The notes under the pieces were generated by a model. It saw only the letters and a list, made by a program, of their open reading frames with translations. It was not told the origin of the DNA and searched no databases. Below, one piece after another: positions 18,450 through 27,910 of a stretch of DNA of 64,000 bases (position 1 is its first letter; each line of letters begins with the position of its first letter). The stretch is from an uncultured virus (IMG/VR IMGVR_UViG_3300035698_026266). Lineage: Duplodnaviria > Heunggongvirae > Uroviricota > Caudoviricetes. Location: IMG/VR virus record IMGVR_UViG_3300035698_026266; one strand, written 5' to 3'. The position numbers and the translations under genes were made by a program.

Positions 18450-18674
18450 GCGTGATATCATGATTTTGAGATTCGATTCGCAAGAAGATAAAAATAAATT
18501 TTTAAATAACTTAAAAAAAGTATCAAAAATACTTTATAAAAAAATGCAGCATGAATCAGAAAAACATTTGGTTGTCAAAGAACACCTTTTCAAGTTAGAA
18601 AAAGAGTATATTTGCACTAATGTTAAAAAGCATAAAGGAGTTTTTGAAGATGCTCTTTGTTGCTGTTAATGTTT

Positions 18675-18748
18675 GCGCTCGTAGCTCAATTGGATAGAGC
18701 AGCGGTCTTCTAAACCGCAGGTTGCAGGTTCGAGTCCTGCCGGGCGCA
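18675..18748 (+). tRNA. tRNA-Arg(TCT)
   Basis: GCGGT-CT-TCT-AA-ACCGC; canonical cloverleaf. Confidence 0.95.
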
Positions 18749-18757
18749 TTGTGTGGT

Positions 18758-18775
18758 GAAATGTCTTGTACCTTA
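18758..18775 (+). promoter_or_regulatory. AAA-N5-TGTACCTTA upstream motif (1 of 5)
   Basis: Same 9-mer 43-58 nt upstream of five starts. Confidence 0.6.
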
Positions 18776-18819
18776 ACATCTAAACTGTGAAGCTGTTTAG
18801 ATAAATTAAAGGAGATGAA

Positions 18820-19407
18820 ATGCCTGTTTTTGACATGAAAAAAGAGTTTTCCAAATCTGTTGGTTCCATTATGGATTCTTTTGCTAATGGAGAAATCAAT
18901 AAAGACGTTGCTGTTTTACGAGTATTCGATACATTCATTACTTTTAAAAAAGAACAAGAATTAACAAATGCCGTAATTGATTTTTTTGGCAATGAACTTG
19001 AAGATGAACTTGAAGATGAAGATGAAGATGAAGATGAATCAAATGTTGAAATTTGCATTATTCAAAATGCTATAGAATGCCCTGATGGCGTTATTTTGAA
19101 TTCAATCCATCGTCATGATTATCAAACTCATGACGGCTATATGGTAGACGGCGGAAAGTCTTATTTTAGAGGCAGCATTAAAGAAAATTCAATTGATCTA
19201 AGATTGACATCTAGTGATTCTTTTGAAGATATTAAAAACAAATTGGTTTGGGGAACCTATGGGAAAAACGGCGATGAACCGTTGCATTATTTGAAATTGG
19301 TAAATTGCGAAACAGATCATTTAAAGGCTATTTTGGAAATCCCCAATTTGAATGATTTGCATCTTTCTGTTGTTGAATCGTTGCTGAAAGATAGAGAACA
19401 ATCTTGA
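18820..19407 (+). CDS. Conserved phage hypothetical protein with acidic linker
   Basis: NAIECPDG..L.S.HRHDY...MVDGG..Y.R, WGTYGKNG motifs. Confidence 0.7.
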   Translation: MPVFDMKKEFSKSVGSIMDSFANGEINKDVAVLRVFDTFITFKKEQELTNAVIDFFGNELEDELEDEDEDEDESNVEICIIQNAIECPDGVILNSIHRHDYQTHDGYMVDGGKSYFRGSIKENSIDLRLTSSDSFEDIKNKLVWGTYGKNGDEPLHYLKLVNCETDHLKAILEIPNLNDLHLSVVESLLKDREQS

Positions 19408-19489
19408 ATATGGGCTTTACCGTTTGTTGTGATTGTGCTACAATGCAGATGTGTTGAAGGTAATTATCTACTTTATAAGGAATTGTACT

Positions 19490-19714
19490 ATGAAATATGG
19501 TTTTTATTCGAAAAAAATGGAAAAAATGTTGGGAGGCCATCATGTTTATCTTACAGAAGACGGGACAGAGGTTTTAGTTACTGCTGTTTCTAAAGAACAA
19601 AAGAATAATTTGGTTTGGGATGATATGGAAGAAGTTGGTCAAGTGGCGAAGTTTGTTAAATCGACATTTAAAGTCGATTCTGCAAAGTATAACGCATTTA
19701 AAAAGGCAAGTTAA
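19490..19714 (+). CDS. Hypothetical protein
   Basis: AAGGA SD before MKYGFYS. Confidence 0.55.
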   Translation: MKYGFYSKKMEKMLGGHHVYLTEDGTEVLVTAVSKEQKNNLVWDDMEEVGQVAKFVKSTFKVDSAKYNAFKKAS

Positions 19715-19729
19715 TACACAGAGTTAGTT

Positions 19730-19777
19730 TTTAATAAAAAAAGCTACTGTGTTAACACAGTAGCTTTTTTTATTAAA
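19730..19777. terminator. Perfect 48-bp palindrome, bidirectional terminator-like
   Basis: TTTAATAAAAAAAGCTACTGTGTT|AACACAGTAGCTTTTTTTATTAAA. Confidence 0.8.
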
Positions 19778-19828
19778 GTGCATATTCAAATAATAAGGAA
19801 TATATAAAAGTGTACTAGGAGAATAGTT

Positions 19829-20455
19829 ATGTCAATGACGCTATCAAATCGTGATGTTTTAGTCTTAAACAAGTCTTGGTTGCCAGTGGACGTTGCGTCC
19901 ATGTTTGACGCATTGAACTTGTTGTTTGGACAATATAAAAATGGAGAGGCAAAAGCTCATGTAGTTGATGCCGCCAATGATTTTTCGACTTACTCTTGGA
20001 GTGATTGGTGTGAATTACGTCCGAAGACCGATGAAGAATTCATTCAAGCAGTGTCTGTCAAATTAAAAGTTCCAACAGTCATCTTGTTGACACGTTACAA
20101 CAAAATTCCAATCGAACGTGGCACCAATTTTTCTAGACGGACTTTGTACAATAGAGACAATTGGACTTGTCAGTATTGCGGTGTGAAACCAAGGTCTAAA
20201 AGCGAATTGTCAATAGATCATATTGTTCCTAAGTCTCAAAAAGGAGCAACTAGTTGGGAAAACTGTGTTTTGGCTTGCGTTTCTTGCAATATGAGAAAAG
20301 CCAATCGTACTCCTAAAGAGGCAAACATGAAATTATTGTCTGTACCACGCAAACCTAAAATGGGTGTGCTTATGGCAAGACGAAAAAGTATTCATGCTGA
20401 TTGGAATCATTTTATAAGCGAAATGTATTGGAACGTTTCGCTTGATACTAATTAA
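19829..20455 (+). CDS. HNH endonuclease (McrA-like)
   Basis: VLVLNKSW; RDNWTCQYCG; SIDHIVPKSQKG..SWENCVLACVSCN..KANRTP. Confidence 0.9.
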   Translation: MSMTLSNRDVLVLNKSWLPVDVASMFDALNLLFGQYKNGEAKAHVVDAANDFSTYSWSDWCELRPKTDEEFIQAVSVKLKVPTVILLTRYNKIPIERGTNFSRRTLYNRDNWTCQYCGVKPRSKSELSIDHIVPKSQKGATSWENCVLACVSCNMRKANRTPKEANMKLLSVPRKPKMGVLMARRKSIHADWNHFISEMYWNVSLDTN

Positions 20456-20498
20456 AATTAATGCCCCCAATAGTGTTATTGGGGTGCATTAATTTTTT
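20454..20498 (+). terminator. Intrinsic terminator
   Basis: AATTAATGC-CCCCAATA/TATTGGGG-GCATTAATT plus T run. Confidence 0.6.
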
Positions 20499-20514
20499 TA
20501 AAAAGGATTAGAAA

Positions 20515-21060
20515 ATGTCTCAGAAAATAATCATTATAGATTCAGATTGTGATTGTCATGACTGTTATGAATCAGAATCTGAAATTGATGTAACGGTACT
20601 TGAAAGCGAAGATTCTATTCAAAATTTAATTCCTTTTTTGAATGGCAATATTGATAAGCTTTTGAAGAACGAAACATTTATTGAAAGCTTGTCCTCTCGT
20701 GGGTATAAAAACATAGAAGCTTTGAACAAAGCAAGTGGCTTGTTGAAAAAACTGCCGGAATACTATGTTTTTAGGAAAGAACATGTTAGTTATACTTCTG
20801 AAATTCAAGATATTGATAACATCAATTCAGGAATATTAGAAAGTATAGTTCTTGGAAAAGCAGTTATTTTTCAAGCCATTGATCCAGAAAGCTTGGCTCT
20901 TTTAAATCCAGAAATGGGCGAAAGATATAAAAAAGCCAAACAGAAGCTTGAAAAGATGCGGTTGACTCTTAAAAAAGCGGCAATTGCTAAAGCCAAGAAG
21001 AAAAAAGAAAAAGAAATTAAAAAGGCAAAAGAGTTGTTGGCAAGAGAAGGCGAAATTTAA
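20515..21060 (+). CDS. Hypothetical protein with Lys-rich coiled-coil tail
   Basis: AAGGA SD, ORF. Confidence 0.6.
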   Translation: MSQKIIIIDSDCDCHDCYESESEIDVTVLESEDSIQNLIPFLNGNIDKLLKNETFIESLSSRGYKNIEALNKASGLLKKLPEYYVFRKEHVSYTSEIQDIDNINSGILESIVLGKAVIFQAIDPESLALLNPEMGERYKKAKQKLEKMRLTLKKAAIAKAKKKKEKEIKKAKELLAREGEI

Positions 21061-21083
21061 AATCAATAACTCTAAATATTTTT

Positions 21084-21410
21084 ATGAAAACATTTGAAAA
21101 ATATGTAAAAAACAATTATGAATCATTGATTGAATTTTGTGTTGCTCGTCGAGAAGGGGCGAGGATGACATCAGAAAAGGCAAAAGAAGCAGGTGGTTTT
21201 TCCACTCCTACGCATTATCATTTTTCTGCCAAACTACCGTTATATGATGAAATAATTTCAGAGTTGAAAAACAACAAAATGCCTGATTTTGAATCAAGAT
21301 ATTCAAAAATATATCAAAAACTCAATGGTAAAAACCATTGGACAATGAAAGAATTTCAATCTTTAACTGGCAAATTAGAAGTTTTAGGAGAAATTTCCAT
21401 TCAACGGTAG
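21084..21410 (+). CDS. Hypothetical virion-type protein
   Basis: MKTFEKYV N-terminus, TAAATA-N5-ATG. Confidence 0.55.
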   Translation: MKTFEKYVKNNYESLIEFCVARREGARMTSEKAKEAGGFSTPTHYHFSAKLPLYDEIISELKNNKMPDFESRYSKIYQKLNGKNHWTMKEFQSLTGKLEVLGEISIQR

Positions 21411-21483
21411 TCTAAAACCATTTACAGTTCTTCATATTCGTACTATAACGATCTATGTATCATTTCTCATATAAAGGATTTAA

Positions 21484-21939
21484 GTGATGTGTGAAGTCAT
21501 TATCGAAGAACAGGAAAGACAGAAAGAATTATCGCCATCAATTTACGATGTAAAATATGATTTTCCTAATTTGGCTGTATCTAAAAAAAATATAATCAAT
21601 GATGCAATTGTGTTTAATGAATTAGTAGCGGCAGGAATACAACCGTTTAACCTTTTAAGCGAATATGGTGAATGCAGAGTTGAATTGCAGGGGACTATAC
21701 TTGGATGGATATTCCAAAGAGCATGGCGATATTGGATTTGTTCTGGACCCGGAATTCCAGTCAAACAAGCACTAGAATTAAATGAAAAACATGGTAAAGA
21801 AGTAAGAGTTGATGGGCATGCGGCGGGGTTGTGTCCAAAGAAACGCTTTAAAGGATTAGGTTGCGGCCATTATCATGTGGATACGCAAGAGGGGCTAATT
21901 GAATTAGTCAAAACTATCAAAAAATGCTGTGAAGGTTGA
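21484..21939 (+). CDS. Hypothetical protein
   Basis: FQRAWRYW, VRVDGH, YHVDTQEGL motifs. Confidence 0.6.
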   Translation: MMCEVIIEEQERQKELSPSIYDVKYDFPNLAVSKKNIINDAIVFNELVAAGIQPFNLLSEYGECRVELQGTILGWIFQRAWRYWICSGPGIPVKQALELNEKHGKEVRVDGHAAGLCPKKRFKGLGCGHYHVDTQEGLIELVKTIKKCCEG

Positions 21940-21942
21940 AAA

Positions 21943-24699
21943 ATGTCATATAAAGACACCATCTTGTTGCCTAAATCTAATTTTCCTATTAAGCCTAAAA
22001 AAATCTTTGAAGAAGAACAGGCCCGCTTAGCCAAATGGGGAAATCCATATCAAACAATGAGGCATAATAGAAATGGGAACAAAGAATTTGTTCTCCATGA
22101 TGGTCCCCCATATGCAAATGGCGATATTCATATGGGGCATGTTTTAAATAAAGTCATTAAGGATTTTATTGTAAAATATAAATATTTTGAGGGATTTAAG
22201 CCTCATTTTGTACCCGGATGGGATTGTCACGGTCTTCCAATTGAACGTGCTGTGATCTCATCAGGAATAAAAACTGATAATATTCCAGAATTTAGAAATC
22301 AATGTAGAAAATACGCTAATCTACAAGTTGAAAAACAAAAAGAACAGTTTAAAACATTAGGAATAATATCAGATTGGGATAATTGTTACAAAACAATGGA
22401 CTATGCTTTCGAAGCAATGGTTTATGACTCTTTGAGAAGACTCCATGCAAAGGGATTAATTCAAGAAAGACACAAACCTGTTTATTGGTCTTGGTCAGAG
22501 AAAACAGCATTAGCAGAAGCAGAAGTAGAACATATATATAAATCGGATTATTCTATCTATGTGTTGTTCGAAGCGATAGTTAATGAAAAGTCTAAAAAAT
22601 TATTTGAGAATTTGGGACCAATTAGTTTTTTAATTTGGACAACAACCCCTTGGACTTTGCCTGCCAACAGTGGTCTTGCAGTGCATCCCAACGAACGCTA
22701 TTTTGTCGTTGAAGCCGAACGATTCAATACAATAAAACAGGTTTTAGTATCTGAAAATAGATATGAAGATTTGTGTCATCAAGAGGTCATAGGTTCTGAA
22801 ATAATTGCTGCTTTTAGGGGATTTGAACTAATAAACTTAGATGTGTCCAATCCATTAAAAAATAAAAACATGTCTAATTCTAGAGTTGTTGCAGACGAAT
22901 CTGTCGATGTTTTATCTGGTACTGGCATTGTGCATTTGGCTCCCGGTCATGGCGTTAGTGATTATGAAATAGGATTAAAAAACAATTTACAAGTCCTTCA
23001 ACCAGTTGATGAAAGTGGCTATTACACAGATCATATTGAAGATTTAGTAAATTCTGATTTGTATCAATTAAAAGCAAAACATGTGTTTGAAGCGAATCAC
23101 TATTTAGTATCGCATTTAATGGAAAAAGGGTTCATTTTGAAAACCGAATCCATTAAACACAAATATCCTTATTGTGCAAGATCAGGCAAACCAATAATTT
23201 TCAGATCGACAAATCAATGGTTTGTTGATCTCTCTAAACTGAAAGAAACTAAAAAAGAATTAGATAACATTCAGTTCTTTCCGATACAAAGTAAAAACAG
23301 ACTTGAATCTTTTTTGAATAGAAAAGAATGGTGTATATCTAGGCAGCGTTCTTGGGGTGTGCCTATTGTTTGCAAAAAAGAAAATGACAAAATAGTATTT
23401 GAAGATTTGAAAGATCAAATTATTCAAAAAGGATTTGATTCTTTTTGGGAAAACGGCTCGCCGGATGTCCTTGATGTTTGGTTCGATAGTGGATTGACTT
23501 GGCAGACTTTAAATGGAGTACAAGCAGATTTATATGTTGAAGGGACGGATCAACATAGAGGATGGTTTCAGAGTTCTTTGCTTTTAGGTATGGCCCTAAA
23601 TGGCAAGTCTCCTTACAAGTCAGTATTGACACATGGATTTGTAGTAGATAAAAAAGGAGAAAAGTTAGCAAAATCTAAAGGCAATGGGGTGTCTCCTTCT
23701 AAAATAATGAAAAAATATGGCAATGAAGTTATAAGAAGTTGGATTGCTACTACTGATTTTTCTAAAGATGTTAAGTTTAGTGAAACCAACATAGAAAGAG
23801 CATCAGAAGTCTATTATAAAATAAGAAACACAATAAGATTTTTAATATCCAACATTGACGATTCTTTATTAATGAATCATTTTGAAACTGTCGATTTCAC
23901 TCAAAAAAGAAAATCTTTTTTGGTTAATGCTGATCCAATAAATTTTTGGATAGCACGTCAAATGGCTCTGGTCAGTTTAGAAATCAAAGAACATTTTGCA
24001 AATTATGAATTTTTCAAAGGGCTGTCAAAATTAAGTGAATTTATAAATACGAAATTGAGCAATGTATATTTTTCTTATATTAAAGATAACTTATATTGTG
24101 ATGACAAATATGATTTCTATAGAGGGAATATACAATTTTTATTGACAGAGATGTTGAATAGCATTTTTGTTCTAATAGCTCCAATTTTCACTCATACTGT
24201 TGATGAGGCTTTAGAAAGCTGTGTCCCTTGGTTGAAAAAATATTTAGGGGATGATGTTTTTGGGCTTAAAACAAATGGTTTATTTTGTGATGCAGATCAT
24301 GAAAACGGATATCTACTTTCAGATTGGTCGGGAAATAACGAAAAAGATGATATGGCAAATAAGTGTTTAAGATTAATTGAAACATTTAATGAATCGTTTA
24401 GAGAATTAAAAGAGTTGAAGCTTGTTAGAACACCATTAGAGTTAGAAGTTGTTTACCCTAGTGAACATTCTTGCCCTATTGATTGGCTGAAAAGCAAAGA
24501 AAATTTATTGGGAGTTGCCAAAATGACTACCAGTTTTAATAGCGAAATTGATCCATTAACGACTTTCGTATTTGATGGTCAAGAATATCATGTTTTTAGA
24601 ACCGGAAAATATAAATGTGAACGTTGTTGGAAATATAATGCTCAAGAAGAAAAAGGGTTGTGTTTGAGATGTGATAAATGTTTATCGTTTGCTAAATAG
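21943..24699 (+). CDS. ileS: Isoleucyl-tRNA synthetase (type 1)
   Basis: LHDGPPYANG..HMGH, GWDCHGLPIE, WTTTPWTLPAN, WCISRQRSWGVP, EGTDQHRGWFQS, KLAKS, C-terminal CERC...CLRC. Confidence 0.97.
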   Translation: MSYKDTILLPKSNFPIKPKKIFEEEQARLAKWGNPYQTMRHNRNGNKEFVLHDGPPYANGDIHMGHVLNKVIKDFIVKYKYFEGFKPHFVPGWDCHGLPIERAVISSGIKTDNIPEFRNQCRKYANLQVEKQKEQFKTLGIISDWDNCYKTMDYAFEAMVYDSLRRLHAKGLIQERHKPVYWSWSEKTALAEAEVEHIYKSDYSIYVLFEAIVNEKSKKLFENLGPISFLIWTTTPWTLPANSGLAVHPNERYFVVEAERFNTIKQVLVSENRYEDLCHQEVIGSEIIAAFRGFELINLDVSNPLKNKNMSNSRVVADESVDVLSGTGIVHLAPGHGVSDYEIGLKNNLQVLQPVDESGYYTDHIEDLVNSDLYQLKAKHVFEANHYLVSHLMEKGFILKTESIKHKYPYCARSGKPIIFRSTNQWFVDLSKLKETKKELDNIQFFPIQSKNRLESFLNRKEWCISRQRSWGVPIVCKKENDKIVFEDLKDQIIQKGFDSFWENGSPDVLDVWFDSGLTWQTLNGVQADLYVEGTDQHRGWFQSSLLLGMALNGKSPYKSVLTHGFVVDKKGEKLAKSKGNGVSPSKIMKKYGNEVIRSWIATTDFSKDVKFSETNIERASEVYYKIRNTIRFLISNIDDSLLMNHFETVDFTQKRKSFLVNADPINFWIARQMALVSLEIKEHFANYEFFKGLSKLSEFINTKLSNVYFSYIKDNLYCDDKYDFYRGNIQFLLTEMLNSIFVLIAPIFTHTVDEALESCVPWLKKYLGDDVFGLKTNGLFCDADHENGYLLSDWSGNNEKDDMANKCLRLIETFNESFRELKELKLVRTPLELEVVYPSEHSCPIDWLKSKENLLGVAKMTTSFNSEIDPLTTFVFDGQEYHVFRTGKYKCERCWKYNAQEEKGLCLRCDKCLSFAK

Positions 24700-24832
24700 A
24701 GATAGTGAAAAAAATTTATTTAATAGTTTTATTATTTGTATCACTTGTTATAATAAGCTGTACGTTTATTGATAAGGGTGATGCTTTACAAGATCGCCCT
24801 TTATTGCCGATTCAAGATGGGAAGGAAACAAA

Positions 24833-25628
24833 ATGAAAAAGAAAAAACATAATTGTAAAAACAAAGTAGAAACATCCGACCTCCAAGCTAAACTTGCTGA
24901 AATGGAAAGGCAAGTGGAGTGTCTTTGACCCATCTAAAGCTAAAGAGCTAGTGATTGAAATACAATTTGGCGAAGGCGGCAATGACAGCAAGTCTTTCGT
25001 AGCTGAATTGGCAACTACTTATATTAAATATGCACAAAAATTAAACATAGAATGCAAAACTCTTGATGCCTCTGAAGGGCATGTTTTGTTGAAGTTTTCA
25101 AGTGCTAATGTTTGGCAGGCTTTTAAAAACGAGTCTGGAAAGCATGTAGTTCAACGAGTCCCCCCGACAGAAAACAAAGGTAGAAGGCACACTTCTATTA
25201 TTTCTGTGGCGGTACTTCCAATTCTGGATTTACCATATGCATTATTGAAACGTGATGAAATAGAAATAAAAACACAGGGCGGGCATGGTGCAGGCGGTCA
25301 GCATCAAAACACTACTGATTCTGCTGTGAGAATGACTCATATTTCTACAGGAATTTCTGTTTTTATTAATGGCAGAAAGCAAAATCAAAACAAAAAAGAA
25401 GCACTTAAAATTTTAACTGCTCGTGTAAACGACTTTTATTTAACTAAAATAAAATCTGCTCATAGTGAGTTAAGATATAAACAAATGGGCGGCGGTAGCA
25501 GGTCTGGTAAAATCAGAACATATGATTTTGTTAATTCAAGAGTTACAGATCACAATTTGAAGCTTAAAACTAGGCAACTAGAAACATTTATGAAGGGGAG
25601 TTTTGACGTTTTATTTGATAAAAAGTAA
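24833..25628 (+). CDS. Class I peptide chain release factor, N-terminally shortened, expressed via a predicted +1 frameshift at CTT-TGA-C (24923-24929)
   Basis: ORF0 24833-24928 ends GTG GAG TGT CTT TGA C; +1 frame has GEGG, ESGKHVVQRVPPTENKGRRHTS, GAGGQHQN, KIRTYDF. Confidence 0.85.
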
Positions 25629-25678
25629 TAGTGCTAGAACAGATGCTGGATTTCAATATGATCCATGCAATTGAAAAA

Positions 25679-26233
25679 CTATAGCCTATTTAAGTTATTT
25701 TGAATCAATTGTTGGACTTGTGGATTTTTTAAAGCCCAATTCATGAATTTACGTTCTTCTGCTTCTGGTCTACCTTCACCCGTACTTCCAGTAGTTCTAT
25801 GTTCGATATCATGAGTAGCTTCATGAACGATAGTAGAGGCTATTTGGAGTATTATTTTATAATCGTCTTTTAATTCGTTTACTATTCTTCGTACATTTAC
25901 GTGAATAGTATCACTTGGATTGATCCTTCTAAGATCAATCTCTGGAAAATATTGTTTTATAATATCTGGTTTCATTTGATGTAATTGGTTTTTATTTAAT
26001 TTGCCTTGGCTTTTTACAACCATTGCTTGTTCGATATCTGGTGGTACAATATCTTGGTTTTCTCCAGAACTATATAAACCATATGCACCACTAGCAAGAT
26101 TGGCTATAGTAGAGATATTTTGTAAAATTTTTGGATTATACAAATTTACAATCGCTACAGAAATTTTTGCTTTTTCGTAAATGGATTCTAACTGACTATT
26201 GTCGACGTTTTGAGCGTATTCTTTAAATTTCAT
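25679..26233 (-). CDS. Zincin-like metallopeptidase motif protein, virion-type N-terminus
   Basis: IVHEATH (HExxH) plus downstream E; MKFKEY. Confidence 0.6.
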   Translation of the reverse strand: MKFKEYAQNVDNSQLESIYEKAKISVAIVNLYNPKILQNISTIANLASGAYGLYSSGENQDIVPPDIEQAMVVKSQGKLNKNQLHQMKPDIIKQYFPEIDLRRINPSDTIHVNVRRIVNELKDDYKIILQIASTIVHEATHDIEHRTTGSTGEGRPEAEERKFMNWALKNPQVQQLIQNNLNRL

Positions 26234-26269
26234 TTTATATATTTATCTATTATGTTACTAAATATTATT

Positions 26270-27001
26270 ATGAAATTTAAAGAATGGCTATCCCAAGAAG
26301 AGTTGAATGAAGTGAATTGGAAAAAATTCGGTCGTGGGGTTGCTGCTGGCGCTGTTTTAGGCGGGTCTGCATTAGGGATGGGATCAATTGGCATGGGGGT
26401 TAGAGGGGGAACCCCTATGCAACAAGTGTCACCAATGCAACAACAAACAGCGTCAATGCAACAACCGACTCAAACATTAGAACCTATTGCTAAAACAAAT
26501 AATGGTTCAGAATATTTTGATTATATCAAAAACAATGAGGGTTATAGCGAAAAAGTTTACGATGACGGAGTAGGGAATTTGACAATTGGTGTTGGACATT
26601 TAATTACTCCAAATTCAAAGTCTTTATTTTATAAATTGTTTGGAGATTCTGTAAATTTTGATGATGTCAAAAGTGGAAAGACATCATTGGATGCAAAACA
26701 AGTAAAGATTTTATTCTCTCACGATGTTCAAGAACACTTGAAAAAAGCTAAAAGGCTTTTCAATAGTTTTGACTCTTATCCTCTATATTTAAGGCAGGCA
26801 TTGTTAGATTCTGTTTATAGAGGGGACACAGGAAACAATACTAGGAAATTAATAAATCAAGGGAAATGGGAAGAAGCAGCGGTAGAGTATCTTAATCGAA
26901 GGGACTATAGAAATAGAGTTCAACTAGGGATAAGAGGAATAGGCAAGAGAATGGAACACAATAGGGATGCCATGTTGAAGTACGCAAGAGAGAAAAAGTA
27001 A
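26270..27001 (+). CDS. Phage lysozyme (GH24-like) with virion-type N-terminus and hydrophobic segment
   Basis: IKNNEG...YDDGVGNLTIGVGHL catalytic E-D-T pattern; MKFKEWLSQEELNE. Confidence 0.85.
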   Translation: MKFKEWLSQEELNEVNWKKFGRGVAAGAVLGGSALGMGSIGMGVRGGTPMQQVSPMQQQTASMQQPTQTLEPIAKTNNGSEYFDYIKNNEGYSEKVYDDGVGNLTIGVGHLITPNSKSLFYKLFGDSVNFDDVKSGKTSLDAKQVKILFSHDVQEHLKKAKRLFNSFDSYPLYLRQALLDSVYRGDTGNNTRKLINQGKWEEAAVEYLNRRDYRNRVQLGIRGIGKRMEHNRDAMLKYAREKK

Positions 27002-27022
27002 AATTTATTTTGTAGGCATTCA

Positions 27023-27910
27023 ATGGAAATAAAAAAAGAAATATTAGAAATTAAAAGTTTAGCAGAAAAATTAGTTGATAAAACAAGTAAACTTTTAAAA
27101 GATATTGAAATAAACGAACTGACTTTAAATGACCAGTCACCCTTTACAGACATGTTGTTAAAAGAAGAATGGCCCAATGCAGTCCCATCAGAAAGCATAT
27201 GTGATAGAAATAACGAAAAAGAAAAAGAAATAAGAGCTAAATGCATAGTAGAAGAATATAAAGAATATTCTGAAAACAGTAAAAGAATACTTGATTTTGG
27301 ATGTGGAGAAGGACATGTTGCTTTTGAGTATGCAAAAACAAATGAAAAAGTTGTTGGATATGATTTAATAGCTCCAAAGCTAAAAATAACAAAAAACTTA
27401 ATTTATACTACTGATTTATTTTTAGTTAAAGATCAGGGACCGTATGATTTCATATTACTTTATGATGTTCTAGATCATGTGAAAGATGTTCCGAGCGTGC
27501 TAAAAGATTTGCATGGATTACTCAAAGATGATGGAAAGATAGTTATCAGATGTCATCCTTGGTCTTCACGTCACGCTGGACATGTGTATCCATTTTTAAA
27601 TAAGGCTTTTATACATATTTTTTTCTCTTACGAAGAAATCAATAAACTTATAAGTCCTGATGCTGTAATAAACGAAACTAAGCAAAAAATATTGAACCCT
27701 GTGTCCCAATACAATTCGTTTTTTGATAATGCAGGATTTAAACATGAAAAAGTTATAACTAAAGATTTAGTCGAAAGGTTTTTCAAACACACTTTGTTTG
27801 AAAACTTTTTAATTGAATATTGGGGAAACTCTGTTCGTGGAACAGATGATTTTAAAAAAATATTGAACATTATGTCCATAAGCTTTATAGATTACGTTCT
27901 TCACAAATAG
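27023..27910 (+). CDS. Class I SAM-dependent methyltransferase
   Basis: ILDFGCGEGH, YDFILLYDVLDH, RCHPW; paralog of 33343-34026. Confidence 0.85.
   Translation: MEIKKEILEIKSLAEKLVDKTSKLLKDIEINELTLNDQSPFTDMLLKEEWPNAVPSESICDRNNEKEKEIRAKCIVEEYKEYSENSKRILDFGCGEGHVAFEYAKTNEKVVGYDLIAPKLKITKNLIYTTDLFLVKDQGPYDFILLYDVLDHVKDVPSVLKDLHGLLKDDGKIVIRCHPWSSRHAGHVYPFLNKAFIHIFFSYEEINKLISPDAVINETKQKILNPVSQYNSFFDNAGFKHEKVITKDLVERFFKHTLFENFLIEYWGNSVRGTDDFKKILNIMSISFIDYVLHK

Noticed and set aside
18780..19058. Poly-Ser antisense ORF, and other antisense ORFs such as 2477-2863, 37361-37747 and 38514-38885
   Set aside because: Reverse-strand shadows of real genes.
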